Virus record (IMG/VR): IMGVR_UViG_3300003279_000015
Location: 1-59,018 of that record
DNA from: a virus
Taxonomy: Duplodnaviria > Caudoviricetes
Direction: 5' to 3' (one strand)
Length of the DNA: 59,018 nt
Part shown: positions 8,608 to 19,046 of the stretch, in pieces
How positions within the stretch are numbered: the stretch's first letter is position 1
Layout of the letters: the number at the start of each line of letters is the position of its first letter
Translations under genes and position numbers: made by a program
Notes under the pieces: generated by a model
What the model saw: only the letters and a program-made list of their open reading frames with translations
Told to the model about the DNA's origin: nothing
The model's database searches: none

Positions 8608-9185
8608 GTGGGAACACGTCCGCCACGGGCGGCTTCCTGCCGCCGGCCGCCTCGCCGACCGTGCTGGAGGATCCCGGCCTCACCGACCTGCTGACCGCCC
8701 TGGTGGTGGGCACCACGGGCATCGCCGCCACCCTGGTGCGCCCGCGCTGGCAGCCCGAGCCGCCGAACACGCCGCCGGCGACCACCGACTGGTGCGGCGT
8801 CGGCATCATGCGCCGCGTCGGCGAGGGCGGCCTGCCCTACATCGCCCACGACCCGGGCAACGGCGTCGACCCAGAGACGGCATCGGACCAGATGCAGCGC
8901 CACGAGATCCTTGAGGTCCTGGCATCGTTCTATGGCCCGAACGCGGCTGCCAAGGCGGAGGCGCTGAACGATGGCCTGTACGTCGCGCAGAACCGCGAAA
9001 CGCTGTTCCTGGCCGATGCGGGCCTGGCGGACGTGGGCGACATCCTGACCACCTCCGACCTGGTGAACAACCAATGGATCGAACGCGTGGACTTCACCTT
9101 CTTCATCCGCCGCCAGCGGAAGCGGGGCTATGCGGTGTTGAACATCGCCGAAGCGCCCGTCAACATCGTGCCCGACCTGACCTGA
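8604..9185 (+). CDS. Neck/tail terminator protein
   Basis: NTSATGGFL.P, LVRPRWQ.EPP, SFYGP; immediately upstream of the sheath. Confidence 0.75.
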   Translation: MSGNTSATGGFLPPAASPTVLEDPGLTDLLTALVVGTTGIAATLVRPRWQPEPPNTPPATTDWCGVGIMRRVGEGGLPYIAHDPGNGVDPETASDQMQRHEILEVLASFYGPNAAAKAEALNDGLYVAQNRETLFLADAGLADVGDILTTSDLVNNQWIERVDFTFFIRRQRKRGYAVLNIAEAPVNIVPDLT

Positions 9186-9207
9186 CCTCCAACCCAGGAA
9201 GAATCCC

Positions 9208-10692
9208 ATGCCCGGTTTGAATATCGCCGATGTCGTCGAAGTGACGGTCAACCTCTCGCCGCTCACCGCGCCGTCGCGGAACTTCGGCATCCTGCTGCTG
9301 GTGGGTCACACCGACATGGTGATCGACACCGCCGAGCGGTATCGGATTTACACGACCATCGACCAGGTGGCCGGAGACTTCTCCGAGAGCGATCCGGAAT
9401 ACATCGCCGCGACGCTCTTCTTTGAGCAGTCGCCGCAGCCGTCGATCCTCTACATCGGGCGCTGGGCGAAGACTGCCTCCGCGGGCATGCTGAAGGGCGG
9501 CGTTCTGTCGGCGTCCCAGCAGGCGATGTCCAACTTCACCGCGATCACGTCCGGCGGGTTCTCCATCACCTTCGACGGCGGCTCGGCGACGGTGCTGTCC
9601 GGCATCAACCTCTCGGCGCAGACGAACCTGAACGGCGTCGCCTCCGTCATCGACGCGGCGCTGCCGTCCGGCACGACCTGCACCTGGAACGCTGAGCAGG
9701 GCCGGTTCGAGATCTACAGCGCCACCACCGGCGCATCGTCGTCGGTGACAGTGATGTCCACCACTGCCCTGGCCACCGCCATGGGTGGCACGGCCGCGGC
9801 GGGCGCCGAGGTCATTGATGGGATCGCGGCTGAGACCGCCCTGGCCGGCCTGCAGGCGATCGCCGCCGAGACCACCGAATGGTATGCCTGCATGTTCGCG
9901 CTGGCGGCCGACGACGATCTGAACGAGGCAGCCTACACCGCGGTGGCAAACTACATCGAAGCGGCAAGCCCCCGGCATGTGTTCGCCATCAACACGCAGG
10001 ACACGGCGACGATCGACCCGAACGACGACACGGATATCGCCTCGGTTCTGGGCGCTCTCGATCTCAGCCGCACCCTGGTCCAGTACTCCTCCAGCAGCCT
10101 CAACGCGCCGGCCGCGCTGCTGGCGCATATGCTCACCGTCGACTTCACCGCCAACAACTCGATGATCACCCTGAAATTCAAGAGCGAAACAGGTGTGACG
10201 GCGGAGGTCCTGACGGAGACCCAGGCGACCGCGCTCAACACCAAGAACTGCAACGTGTTTGCCGCCTATGAGGGCGCGCGCTCGATCATCCAGCAGGGCT
10301 GCATGGTCAACGGCGAATTCATCGACGTGATCCACGGGACTGACTGGCTGGCGAACGCTGTCCAGATGGCGAATTACAATCTCCTGGTGACCTCGCCCAC
10401 CAAGATCCCGCAGACCGACGCCGGCGTGAACCAGCTGATGAACGCCACGGTCCAGGCGCTGCAGCAGGGTGTGTTCAATGGGCTGATCGCCCCGGGCCAG
10501 TGGAACGGCGGCAATATCGGCCGGCTGAAGACGGGCGACTATCTGCCGACCGGCTTCTACGTCTATGCTCCGCCGATCGCACAGCAGTTGCAGAGCGTGC
10601 GCGAGCAGCGGATCGCGCCGACCCAGCAGGTGGCGATCAAGCTGGCCGGGGCCATCCACTTCGCCGACGTCATCATCAACGTGAACCGATAA
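9208..10692 (+). CDS. Tail sheath protein (DUF3383)
   Basis: FFEQSPQP..LYIGRW, ITLKFK, KIPQTD.G, KLAGAIH. Confidence 0.88.
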   Translation: MPGLNIADVVEVTVNLSPLTAPSRNFGILLLVGHTDMVIDTAERYRIYTTIDQVAGDFSESDPEYIAATLFFEQSPQPSILYIGRWAKTASAGMLKGGVLSASQQAMSNFTAITSGGFSITFDGGSATVLSGINLSAQTNLNGVASVIDAALPSGTTCTWNAEQGRFEIYSATTGASSSVTVMSTTALATAMGGTAAAGAEVIDGIAAETALAGLQAIAAETTEWYACMFALAADDDLNEAAYTAVANYIEAASPRHVFAINTQDTATIDPNDDTDIASVLGALDLSRTLVQYSSSSLNAPAALLAHMLTVDFTANNSMITLKFKSETGVTAEVLTETQATALNTKNCNVFAAYEGARSIIQQGCMVNGEFIDVIHGTDWLANAVQMANYNLLVTSPTKIPQTDAGVNQLMNATVQALQQGVFNGLIAPGQWNGGNIGRLKTGDYLPTGFYVYAPPIAQQLQSVREQRIAPTQQVAIKLAGAIHFADVIINVNR

Positions 10693-10705
10693 GGAACCGC
10701 TCCCC

Positions 10706-11158
10706 ATGCCGACATATAGTTTCGCTGACGTGAACGCGGCGATCCAGGGGCCCGGCGGCGCCTTCTCGATCGGTGCGGGCGCTGGTGTTGCCTCCGAAGG
10801 CATCACCGTCGAAATGGCCGACGACAAGGACAACATGGTGATCGGCGCCGATGGCAAGTCGATGCACAACCTGCGCGCCAGCCAGGCGGGCAATGTGACC
10901 GTGCGTCTGCTGAAAACCTCGCCGGTGAACGAGAAGCTGCAGACGCTGTACAACTTCCAGCAGGCGTCCTCGGCGAACTGGGGATCGAACGTGATCACCA
11001 TCAACAACCCGGCCACCGGCGACGTGATCGTCGCACAGGACGCGGCGTTCCGCCGGCAACCCAGCATCGGCTACGCCACGGACGGGGCCATGGTCGAGTG
11101 GGCCTTCAACTGCGGCAGCATCGTCCAGAACCTCGGCGATAACGTGATCGCTGCCTGA
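10706..11158 (+). CDS. Tail tube protein (DUF3277-like)
   Basis: TYSF.DV, GADG..MH, LLKTSP.N; follows the sheath. Confidence 0.85.
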   Translation: MPTYSFADVNAAIQGPGGAFSIGAGAGVASEGITVEMADDKDNMVIGADGKSMHNLRASQAGNVTVRLLKTSPVNEKLQTLYNFQQASSANWGSNVITINNPATGDVIVAQDAAFRRQPSIGYATDGAMVEWAFNCGSIVQNLGDNVIAA

Positions 11159-11160
11159 CC

Positions 11161-11637
11161 ATGGTCGAGTTTGAAATCCGGGGCACGAAGTACCGATCCG
11201 ACCGCATCAGCACCGTGGACCAGCTTGCCATCGGGAAGCGCCTGATCCCGCTGCTGATCGCGATCGGCCCACAAGCAATCAAGGCGGCGGCGAGCGAGGT
11301 CAGGGCTCGCACCGGCGCCGTCGATGGCGCGGCGGTCGGCACGGCGTCCGACCAGGCGGAGCCGGCGCCCAGCTTTGACCTGACGGAGATCCTCGCGCCG
11401 CTCGCCGATGCTGTGGGCATGCTGACGGACGAGGACCTGCAATTCATTGTTCGGGTCTGCGCGATGAAGACCTCGCGCCGGAGCGGTGATTCCTGGCAGG
11501 TGGTCTGGAACCGTGGGGCCAACGACTTTCAGTTTGAGGACATCAACGCGCTCGACGCCCTGGTGATCGTGTCCCAGGTGATCATGGACAATATCTCAAA
11601 TTTCTCCTTCGGCCTGCCGGCGCCACTGGCGGGCTGA
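11161..11637 (+). CDS. Tail assembly chaperone
   Basis: Lies between tube and tape measure; slippery site near the 3' end. Confidence 0.75.
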   Translation: MVEFEIRGTKYRSDRISTVDQLAIGKRLIPLLIAIGPQAIKAAASEVRARTGAVDGAAVGTASDQAEPAPSFDLTEILAPLADAVGMLTDEDLQFIVRVCAMKTSRRSGDSWQVVWNRGANDFQFEDINALDALVIVSQVIMDNISNFSFGLPAPLAG

Positions 11638-11843
11638 TCCCCGGCGGGCCGACCAACTTCGAAGTCCTCTCGCTGCGGGATGGGACGGACTGGCTGATGC
11701 GACCGGTCCTGCACGGGATGATCCGTTACACCGACCTGCTCGACGGATCGCTGAACCTGGTTGATATCGCGCGCATGAACGACGCCATCGACATACAGGC
11801 GGAAAACCGGCGTCGCGCTGAAGAGGCTGCACGGAAGGGCTGA
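11598..11843 (+). other. -1 programmed frameshift site (A AAT TTC, 11598-11604) and the open -1 frame extension of the chaperone
   Basis: X XXY YYZ heptamer in register with the 0 frame; the -1 frame is open to TGA 11843 and encodes DWLMRPV..G...Y..L.DGSL.L.DIA.MN. Confidence 0.75.
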
Positions 11844-11852
11844 GCAGGCGAG

Positions 11853-13976
11853 ATGGCAGACGCGGCGAAACTCAAGGAATTCCTGATCGCGCTCGGATTC
11901 CAGGTCGACGTCGCGAGCGAGCGGAAATTCAACCAGGCGATCGCCGCTGCCACCACCCAGGTGGTGACCCTCGGCGCATCCGTGACCGCTGCCGCTGCGG
12001 TGATCGTGGCCGGGGTGGCGAAGATCGCCGACCAATTCGAAAGCCTCTACTACACGTCCCAGCGCACGAAGGCGTCGGTCGAGAACATCCGTTCGTTCTC
12101 CTTCGCCGCGGCGCAGTTGGGATCGACGGCGGAGGCTGCCCGGTCCTCGCTCGAGAACCTCGGCCGGATCCTCCGCACGATGCCCGGCTCGGCCGGCATC
12201 ATCAAAGCGCTGGGCGTCGACCCGACACAGGACCTCGCCAAGGTCATGGAGCAGCTTGGCGAGCGGTTCCGCAACATGCCCTACCACCAGGCTAATGCGT
12301 TCGCGCAGCGCCTGGGGATCGACGAGCGCACCCTCGACGCGATGATCGCAGGCACGGCGAAATTCTCCGCCGAGTACTCCCACATGCTGCGCCAGGCGGG
12401 CATCGACTCCGAGCAGGCGGCGAGGTCATCCAGGACCTTCATGCAGGAGTTGCGCACCGCGGGTGCGGCCCTGGACATCCTGGGGCAGAAGGTCGGGATC
12501 GTCCTCTCCGATCGCCTGGCCGGCGGGATCCGCACATTCCGCCAGACCCTCGTCGCGAACTTCGACAACATCACGCGGGTGCTGTCGTCGATCCTCAACG
12601 GATTCCTGGCGGCGGCCGATATTGCCCTGCGCATGTTCGTCCGCGTCGCCGACCTGATCCGCGACCTGGTCGAAGGCTTCGGCAAGCTGGATCCACGCCT
12701 GCAGTCCGCCATCAAGGCGCTCGGCGGTCTCGCAACCGCATGGCTGGTGCTGAACTCCGCATTCCTTGCCTCGCCGATCGGCCGGATCATCGCGCTCTCG
12801 GGCGCGCTCGTGGCCCTCTGGGATGACTACAAAACATGGCGGGAGGGCGGCGAGAGCGCCATCAACTGGGAGAAATGGGAGCCGCAACTGAAGGCGGCGG
12901 CCGAGTGGCTCGGCAAGATCGGCGCCGCGTTCAAGGACCTGACGGGCCTGACGCTGGGCTGGGAATTGGCGCTCGGTTCGCTGGCCGCCTACGTCGCTGG
13001 CTCCTGGCTGGTGCGGATCTCCAAGCCCATCCTGGCGGTGCTGGGCATGCTGGCGATGATCCCCGGCTCCGGCGTGTCCTCCGCGGCTGTGGCGGCCCTG
13101 GCCAGCAGCGCCGGTATCGCGATGGCCGGCGTTGGAGCCGCGGCGGCGGCAGGGGCGGTCGGCATGGCCACCGAGGGCGGCGGCCTGAACCCGCTCAACT
13201 CTCTCCCGAACATCTGGGCCATGAACAAGATCGGCGAGGCGCTGGGCGGCGCCTGGCGCTGGCTCCGCGGCAACCGCGGCGGCGCGGCCGGCGGTGGCGC
13301 GGGTGGCGGTTCCAGCCCACAGGGCGGCGGCACGTCGCCTATCACGGGCGAGATCCCGGCCGAGGGCCGCGGGCTGCTGGCGACGATCAGCGGACCGGAG
13401 AGCGGCGGCAAATACAACGTGCGCTATGGCGGGGCCACGTTTGACGACATGTCCCGCCACCCGAACATCCCCGAGGTCATTCGCTCCGGACCGAACGCCG
13501 GGCGGACCAGCACCGCGGCCGGCCGGTACCAATTCCTGAAGGGCACCTGGGACGAAGCCGCCGCGGCGCTGGGGCTGCGCGACTTCTCGCCGGCCAGCCA
13601 GGACAAAGCGGCCTGGTGGCTGGCCTCCCGCGAATATCGGCGCAAGACGGGGCGAGAACTGCTGACCGACCTGCGCTCCAACGATCCATCCGTGCGCGCC
13701 GGCATCGGCCAGGTCCTATCTGGCCAGTGGACGTCGATGCCAGGCGGCATTGAGCAGGGCATCAACAGCGGCAACTTCGCCCGTTCTCTCGACCGGAACA
13801 TCGGCGCCGAGACCGCGCGCGTGCAGGGCGGAAATGTCGGGACGGGCCCGATCACGAATAACAACACCATCAACGTGAACGGAAGCGTCGACAACGCGAC
13901 GGCCGCAGATATCATCTCCCAGCTTGACCGGTCCAACCAGGACATCGTCCGGAACATGCGGAGCAGCTTCCAGTGA
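11853..13976 (+). CDS. Tape measure protein with C-terminal lambda-R-like lysozyme domain
   Basis: KEFLIALGF start; helical and hydrophobic body; ES.G.YN, TAAGRYQFL..TW, FSP.SQD. Confidence 0.88.
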   Translation: MADAAKLKEFLIALGFQVDVASERKFNQAIAAATTQVVTLGASVTAAAAVIVAGVAKIADQFESLYYTSQRTKASVENIRSFSFAAAQLGSTAEAARSSLENLGRILRTMPGSAGIIKALGVDPTQDLAKVMEQLGERFRNMPYHQANAFAQRLGIDERTLDAMIAGTAKFSAEYSHMLRQAGIDSEQAARSSRTFMQELRTAGAALDILGQKVGIVLSDRLAGGIRTFRQTLVANFDNITRVLSSILNGFLAAADIALRMFVRVADLIRDLVEGFGKLDPRLQSAIKALGGLATAWLVLNSAFLASPIGRIIALSGALVALWDDYKTWREGGESAINWEKWEPQLKAAAEWLGKIGAAFKDLTGLTLGWELALGSLAAYVAGSWLVRISKPILAVLGMLAMIPGSGVSSAAVAALASSAGIAMAGVGAAAAAGAVGMATEGGGLNPLNSLPNIWAMNKIGEALGGAWRWLRGNRGGAAGGGAGGGSSPQGGGTSPITGEIPAEGRGLLATISGPESGGKYNVRYGGATFDDMSRHPNIPEVIRSGPNAGRTSTAAGRYQFLKGTWDEAAAALGLRDFSPASQDKAAWWLASREYRRKTGRELLTDLRSNDPSVRAGIGQVLSGQWTSMPGGIEQGINSGNFARSLDRNIGAETARVQGGNVGTGPITNNNTINVNGSVDNATAADIISQLDRSNQDIVRNMRSSFQ

Positions 13977-14614
13977 GCGGCGCCCTTATCCCGCAGACCG
14001 GAGCCTCCGCCGGTGCCCAGATCGCCGACCTGCTGGTGCGTCCGATCCGCCAGATCGGATTCATCATCCCCCAGGTGGTGTTGTCCGAACTGCACCACGA
14101 CGAACTGGCGATCACCCAGCACCCCGTCGAACAGGGCGCGCCGATCAGCGACCACGCGTTCAAGCAGCCGGCCCAGCTATTCATCCGCGCCGGCTGGTCC
14201 TCGTCGTCGCCGGGCGCGATCCCGGCGGGCCTGATCACCCAGAACCAGGCGTTCGTCATCGCCGTGTACCAGGCGCTGCTGGACCTGCAGGCGGCGCGGG
14301 AGCCGTTCCTGGTCTGGACCGGAAAGCGCCTCTACACGAACATGCTGCTGGCGTCCCTGGACGTCGAAACCGACGAGCGCACCGAGACAGCGCTGTTCGT
14401 GACCGCCCGCTTTCAGGAGGTCATCATCGTCTCGACGCAGACGGTGCGCGTGGCGGCCTCGTCCCAGCAGGCGACGCCGCAAACCACCGCCCCCACGCAG
14501 TCCACTGGCCCGACGCAGGTGCAGCCGGCCGGCCCGTCCATCCTCCGCCGCGGGCTGGACTTCTTCGGCATCGGCGACGGCGCGCAGGGCAGCACCCCGA
14601 TCTGGACACCGTAG
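13973..14614 (+). CDS. Baseplate/tail-tube initiator (Dit-like)
   Basis: E.H.DEL.IT.HPVE.GA.ISDHA, TGKRLY.NM. Confidence 0.8.
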   Translation: MSGALIPQTGASAGAQIADLLVRPIRQIGFIIPQVVLSELHHDELAITQHPVEQGAPISDHAFKQPAQLFIRAGWSSSSPGAIPAGLITQNQAFVIAVYQALLDLQAAREPFLVWTGKRLYTNMLLASLDVETDERTETALFVTARFQEVIIVSTQTVRVAASSQQATPQTTAPTQSTGPTQVQPAGPSILRRGLDFFGIGDGAQGSTPIWTP

Positions 14615-14947
14615 ATGGCCGATTACATCCTTCACGAGATCCCGCTCGAGCCCGGCCAGGCGCAGTCCTTTTCGATCCCGCTGGGGGGCACGACGTACCG
14701 CATGTCATTCCGCTATCGCGAGACAGGTGGCGTCGGCTGGACGATGACGATCGCCGACGCCACGGGCCGGACCCTGGTGGCGAACCGGGCGGTGACGACC
14801 GGCCGCGACCTGCTCGAGCAGTTGCGGTATCTCGGAATCGCCGGTGGCCTGCTCGTCCAGACGGACGGCGACACCGATGCGGTGCCGACCTTCGAGAACC
14901 TCGGCACGCAATCGCACGTGTTTTTCATCACGGTGCCGGCGGGATGA
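14615..14947 (+). CDS. Baseplate plug-like protein
   Basis: EIPL....Q.FSI.L.G, TG.DLL.Q..YLG, PTFENLG. Confidence 0.75.
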   Translation: MADYILHEIPLEPGQAQSFSIPLGGTTYRMSFRYRETGGVGWTMTIADATGRTLVANRAVTTGRDLLEQLRYLGIAGGLLVQTDGDTDAVPTFENLGTQSHVFFITVPAG

Positions 14948-15987
14948 GCGGCAGCACCCGCCAGTGGATCCGCAACGCCTCCGTGGTGGTTGCGGACGCA
15001 TCCGGCCGCGGGATCGAATTCGGCGACCTGCGGATCGTGTTCAAGGTGACCCACGAGGTCGCCGGCGAGACGCCGAAGACCCTGCAACTGCGCGCGTTCA
15101 ACCTGGCGCCGGCCACCGCGAAGGTCCTGCTGTCCAAGGAATTCACCCGGGTCACGCTCAAGGTCGGATACGGCAACCCGGCGCTCTACGGCAGCGCCAC
15201 CACGCAGATGGCATACGAGGGCCGGAACGACGCCATCGAGCAGCTATTCGACGGACCGCCGCAGCCGACCGGGCAAATCCAGATGTTCACCCTGTTCGAG
15301 GGCGACATTAAGCAGGCGCGCATGGGGCGGATGAACCCCACCGATACCTACGTGGACATCCTCGCCGGCTCGTCGGAGGTCGCCTACAACTTCGGCTTCA
15401 TCAACAAGGCGGTGGCGGCCGGCTACACGCCCGAGGATCTCAACAAGGCGGTCGCCGAGGTCTTCGCCGGCTACAACGTCCAGCAGGGGTTTGCGGGCAA
15501 CCTGTCCGGCAACGCCGCGCCGCGCGGGCGCGTGCTGTTCGGCCTGGCGCGAGAGTATGCGCGCGAGATCGCCTACACCGCCGGGAACACCTGGAGCATC
15601 GCCGACCTGACCTACGACCAGGTGCCCGTCGATACCTACATCCCGGACGAGGCAATCGTGGTGACTGCATCCACCGGCATGATCGGTATGCCGCAGATCA
15701 CGCTCGACGGCGTCGTGGTGCGGTGCCTGATGAACCCGAAGATCCGCGGCAACCGGCTTGTGAAGCTGGACAACCGCTCCATCCAGACGTTCCAGCTTTC
15801 GCCGGGCTATACCCTGCCGGCGTTCATCCCCAGCCTGCAGCAGGACGGGACCTACAAGGTGATCTTCTGCGACCACATCGGCGACACCCGCGGGCAGGAG
15901 TGGTACTCGGACTTCGTCTGCCATTCGATCGACGAGAGCGCCGCGCCGACCGACGCTGTCGTCCGTGCCGTGGGATATAATCCGTAA
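14944..15987 (+). CDS. Baseplate hub protein
   Basis: PRGRVLFG, TGMIG.PQ, DG.YKV, GDTRG.EWY. Confidence 0.8.
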   Translation: MSGSTRQWIRNASVVVADASGRGIEFGDLRIVFKVTHEVAGETPKTLQLRAFNLAPATAKVLLSKEFTRVTLKVGYGNPALYGSATTQMAYEGRNDAIEQLFDGPPQPTGQIQMFTLFEGDIKQARMGRMNPTDTYVDILAGSSEVAYNFGFINKAVAAGYTPEDLNKAVAEVFAGYNVQQGFAGNLSGNAAPRGRVLFGLAREYAREIAYTAGNTWSIADLTYDQVPVDTYIPDEAIVVTASTGMIGMPQITLDGVVVRCLMNPKIRGNRLVKLDNRSIQTFQLSPGYTLPAFIPSLQQDGTYKVIFCDHIGDTRGQEWYSDFVCHSIDESAAPTDAVVRAVGYNP

Positions 15988-16721
15988 TGGATCCGCGCGA
16001 ACGGTTCAGCAGCCCGCAGGAGGCGATGCGCGCGGCCGTGCTGGGGCTGCGTTCCCAGATCTGGACGGCGCTGCCAGGCATCCTGGTGTCGTTCGACGCC
16101 ACGAAGATGACCGCGGAAGTGCAGCCGGCGGTCAAGAGCGTGCGCCGCAAACAAGACGGTGAGCTTGAGTATGTGACCCTGCCGGTGCTGCCGGACGTTC
16201 CGGTGCAGTTTCCGCACGGCGGCGGATACACCCTGACGCTGCCGATCGTGGCCGGCGACGAGGTCATGCTGGTTTTCCAGGCGCGGAACATGGACGGCTG
16301 GTGGGACCAGGGCGACGTGCAGAACCCGCTCGATCGCCGCATGCACGACCTGTCCGATGCCATCTGCATCCCCGGGCCCATGTCGAAGGGCAAGGTGATC
16401 GAGAACGTCTCGACCGATACCGCCCAGCTTCGCGCGGACGATGGCGAGATCACCATCACCCTGGACACGCCGAACAAGGTGATTCTGCTCAAGACGGGCG
16501 ACGTAGAGGTCAAGCTGGACGGCGACGCCGACGAAATCACCATGAAGGCATCGACGAAGATCCGGCTGGAAACGCCCCTGGTGCAGATCACCGGAGCGAT
16601 CGAGGCGGACGGCGAAATCGGCGGCAAGGTGGGCGGCGACAACATCAGCCTCACCACGCATATCCACTCCAACGTGCGGAACGGACCGGACGAGAGCGGC
16701 CCACCTGTGGACGATACCTGA
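15987..16721 (+). CDS. Baseplate puncturing spike (Gp138/gpV-like)
   Basis: LP.L.DVPV.FP.GGG, R.HDLSD, C-terminal THIH metal-binding motif. Confidence 0.85.
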   Translation: MDPRERFSSPQEAMRAAVLGLRSQIWTALPGILVSFDATKMTAEVQPAVKSVRRKQDGELEYVTLPVLPDVPVQFPHGGGYTLTLPIVAGDEVMLVFQARNMDGWWDQGDVQNPLDRRMHDLSDAICIPGPMSKGKVIENVSTDTAQLRADDGEITITLDTPNKVILLKTGDVEVKLDGDADEITMKASTKIRLETPLVQITGAIEADGEIGGKVGGDNISLTTHIHSNVRNGPDESGPPVDDT

Positions 16722-16722
16722 C

Positions 16723-17076
16723 ATGCGATATCGGAAGATCACGGCGGACGGCGACTATACGTTCGGCCAGGGCCTGGCCAATTTCTGGGTCGACGTGCGC
16801 GAAGCGCCGGCCCAGGCAGTGCGCTCGCGCCTCCTGCTGCTGAAAGGGGAATGGTTCGCGGACCAGTCAGCCGGAACCGCCTGGTCCACGCGCGTCCTCG
16901 GCCGCAACACCATGTCAACCTACGACCCGGAACTGCAGGGGCGCATCGCCGGCACGCAGAAGGTGACCGGCATCCAGCAATATGAGAGCGTCGTCGACCC
17001 GAACACCCGGCGGCTGACGGTACGCGCGCGGATCTCGACTGCCTACGGTGAAATCCAGGTCCAGGAAACCATCTGA
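16723..17076 (+). CDS. Baseplate wedge/sheath initiator
   Basis: MRYR....GDY.FG, AQAV..RL.L..GEWF. Confidence 0.75.
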   Translation: MRYRKITADGDYTFGQGLANFWVDVREAPAQAVRSRLLLLKGEWFADQSAGTAWSTRVLGRNTMSTYDPELQGRIAGTQKVTGIQQYESVVDPNTRRLTVRARISTAYGEIQVQETI

Positions 17077-17077
17077 C

Positions 17078-18265
17078 ATGAGCGAGTCCATCACCAGCGT
17101 CACGCCCACGGTCGATGCGACCGGCATCCATGTCCCGGAATTCTCGACCCTGCTGGCGCACCTGGAGGCGCGCATGCGCCAGATCTTCGGCGTCGATATC
17201 TACATCGACCCGGACAGCCAGGACGGCCAGGTCCTCGGCATCGTCGCGCTCGCCTGGGCTGACACCATGGACATGAGCGTGTCGGTCTATAACGCGTTCA
17301 GCCCGTCGACGGCGCAGGGCACCGGCCTGTCGTCCCAGGTGAAGATCAACGGCATCGACCGGAACGTCGCCACCCGCTCGACGGTCGACCTCCTGATCGT
17401 GGGCGTGGCTGGAACCACCATCGTGGACGGCGCGGCCGGCGACGAGAACGGCGTCCGCTGGAACCTGCCCTCGCCCACGGTGATCCCGGTTGCCGGCGAG
17501 ATCACCGTCACCGCCACCGCGGCCGACCTGGGCGACCAGCGAGCCGAGGAAGACACCATCAACCGGATCCTGACGCCGACCCGCGGCTGGCAGACCGTGA
17601 ACAACGCCACAGCGGCGAACCCTGGGGCGCCTATCGAGAGCGACGCCGCGCTGCGCATCCGCCAGGCGATCAGCACCGCCCTGCCCTCCCTGACCGTGCT
17701 TGATGGCATCATCGGCGCCGTCGCCACCATCGACGGTGTGACCCGCTACCGCGCCTATGAGAACGACAGCCTGATCGTCGACGCGAACGGGATCCCGGCG
17801 CACGCCATCAGCCTGGTGGTGGACGGCGGCGATGCCCAGGAGATCGTCGATGCGATCGGCCTGAAGAAATCGCCGGGCGTGTCGACCTATGGAACCACCA
17901 CCGGGGTCTACGAGGACTTCTACGGGATCCCGCACGACATCAACTTCTATCGGCCCACGGAGGTCGCGATCACGGTCGAGATCACGCTGACCGCGCTGGA
18001 TAACTACACGTCCGTGATCGGCGACCAGATGCGCCAGGCGGTGACCGATTACATCAACGCGCTGCGCATTGGCGACACGGTGTACTGGTCCAAGGTGTTC
18101 GTGCCGGCGAACCTGGCAAACGGCCAGTACAGCGACACGTTCGATATCACCGAGATCACGCTCTCGCGCGACGGTGACCCGCTGACCGCGGCGGACGTGG
18201 TGATCCTGTTCAACGAGGCAGCCACCTGTGACCTGGCGGACGTCTCCGTGGTGGTCTCGCCCTGA
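17078..18265 (+). CDS. Baseplate J/gp47-like protein
   Basis: DPDSQDGQ, FSP.TAQG, ESDA.LR.RQ, YEND. Confidence 0.88.
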   Translation: MSESITSVTPTVDATGIHVPEFSTLLAHLEARMRQIFGVDIYIDPDSQDGQVLGIVALAWADTMDMSVSVYNAFSPSTAQGTGLSSQVKINGIDRNVATRSTVDLLIVGVAGTTIVDGAAGDENGVRWNLPSPTVIPVAGEITVTATAADLGDQRAEEDTINRILTPTRGWQTVNNATAANPGAPIESDAALRIRQAISTALPSLTVLDGIIGAVATIDGVTRYRAYENDSLIVDANGIPAHAISLVVDGGDAQEIVDAIGLKKSPGVSTYGTTTGVYEDFYGIPHDINFYRPTEVAITVEITLTALDNYTSVIGDQMRQAVTDYINALRIGDTVYWSKVFVPANLANGQYSDTFDITEITLSRDGDPLTAADVVILFNEAATCDLADVSVVVSP

Positions 18266-19035
18266 TGCCGACCGTCGAGGATTATCTCGCGCTCATTCCG
18301 GCGTTCAACGCGCAGCAGCCGAAGCTGCGCGACACCATCCGCGCCTATATCGAGCCGTTTGTCGTCACCCAGGCGTTCCTGGAATCGTTCATCGAGAAAT
18401 TCGACCTCGACACCGCGATCGGCGTGCAGTTGGACGCGGTGGGCGAATGGGTCGGACGGTCCCGGTACGTCACGATCCCGCTGCCCAACGTCTACTTCAG
18501 CTTCGATATCCCTGGCCTGGGCTGGGACGAGGGCGTGTGGAAGGGGCCCTATGACCCCACCGAGGGTCTGACGCGGCTGGACGACGACCTGTACCGGCTG
18601 CTGCTGCGGGCGAAGATCGCGGCGAACCACTGGGATGGCACGGTGCCTGGCGCGCGCGTGGCGCTGCGCAAGATGTTCACCGAATTGCTGCAGCTTGGCG
18701 CGCAGCCGATCATTTCCGAAGACGGCTCGCCGCTGCTGGCCGAAGACGGTTCACCGATCCTGGCCGACCCGGCGCTGTTCCAGGGGTTCTACGTCGAGGA
18801 CACGATGCGGATGTCGGTGATCTTCGCCCTGGCCGGCCACCTGCCATCGGCGATCTTCCTGTCCCTGTGGGCGGGCGGATACATTCCCCTGAAGCCGGCC
18901 GGCGTGGAGGCGATCTATCTTTTCACGTCCGTGAACGATACCCCGGTCTTCGGGTTTGACGTCGCAAACGGATATATCTCCGGATGGGACGAAGGTTCCT
19001 GGGGCGTGAACCGCCCTGATCTCGTCGAACTGTAG
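18265..19035 (+). CDS. Baseplate protein DUF2612
   Basis: FDLDTA.G.QLD.VG.WVG.SR, L.DD.YR.LL.AKI..N.WDG, KPAGV. Confidence 0.85.
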   Translation: MPTVEDYLALIPAFNAQQPKLRDTIRAYIEPFVVTQAFLESFIEKFDLDTAIGVQLDAVGEWVGRSRYVTIPLPNVYFSFDIPGLGWDEGVWKGPYDPTEGLTRLDDDLYRLLLRAKIAANHWDGTVPGARVALRKMFTELLQLGAQPIISEDGSPLLAEDGSPILADPALFQGFYVEDTMRMSVIFALAGHLPSAIFLSLWAGGYIPLKPAGVEAIYLFTSVNDTPVFGFDVANGYISGWDEGSWGVNRPDLVEL

Positions 19036-19046
19036 GAGCACCCACG

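Noticed and set aside
9160-11067. Long antisense ORFs opposite structural genes (also 2824-4365, 18915-20756, 55577-57028)
   Set aside because: These are expected shadows of GC-rich coding sequence, Arg/Gly/His-rich with no domain motifs. The intein antisense ORF differs in having ordered HTH and nuclease motifs and ends that fall within the element.
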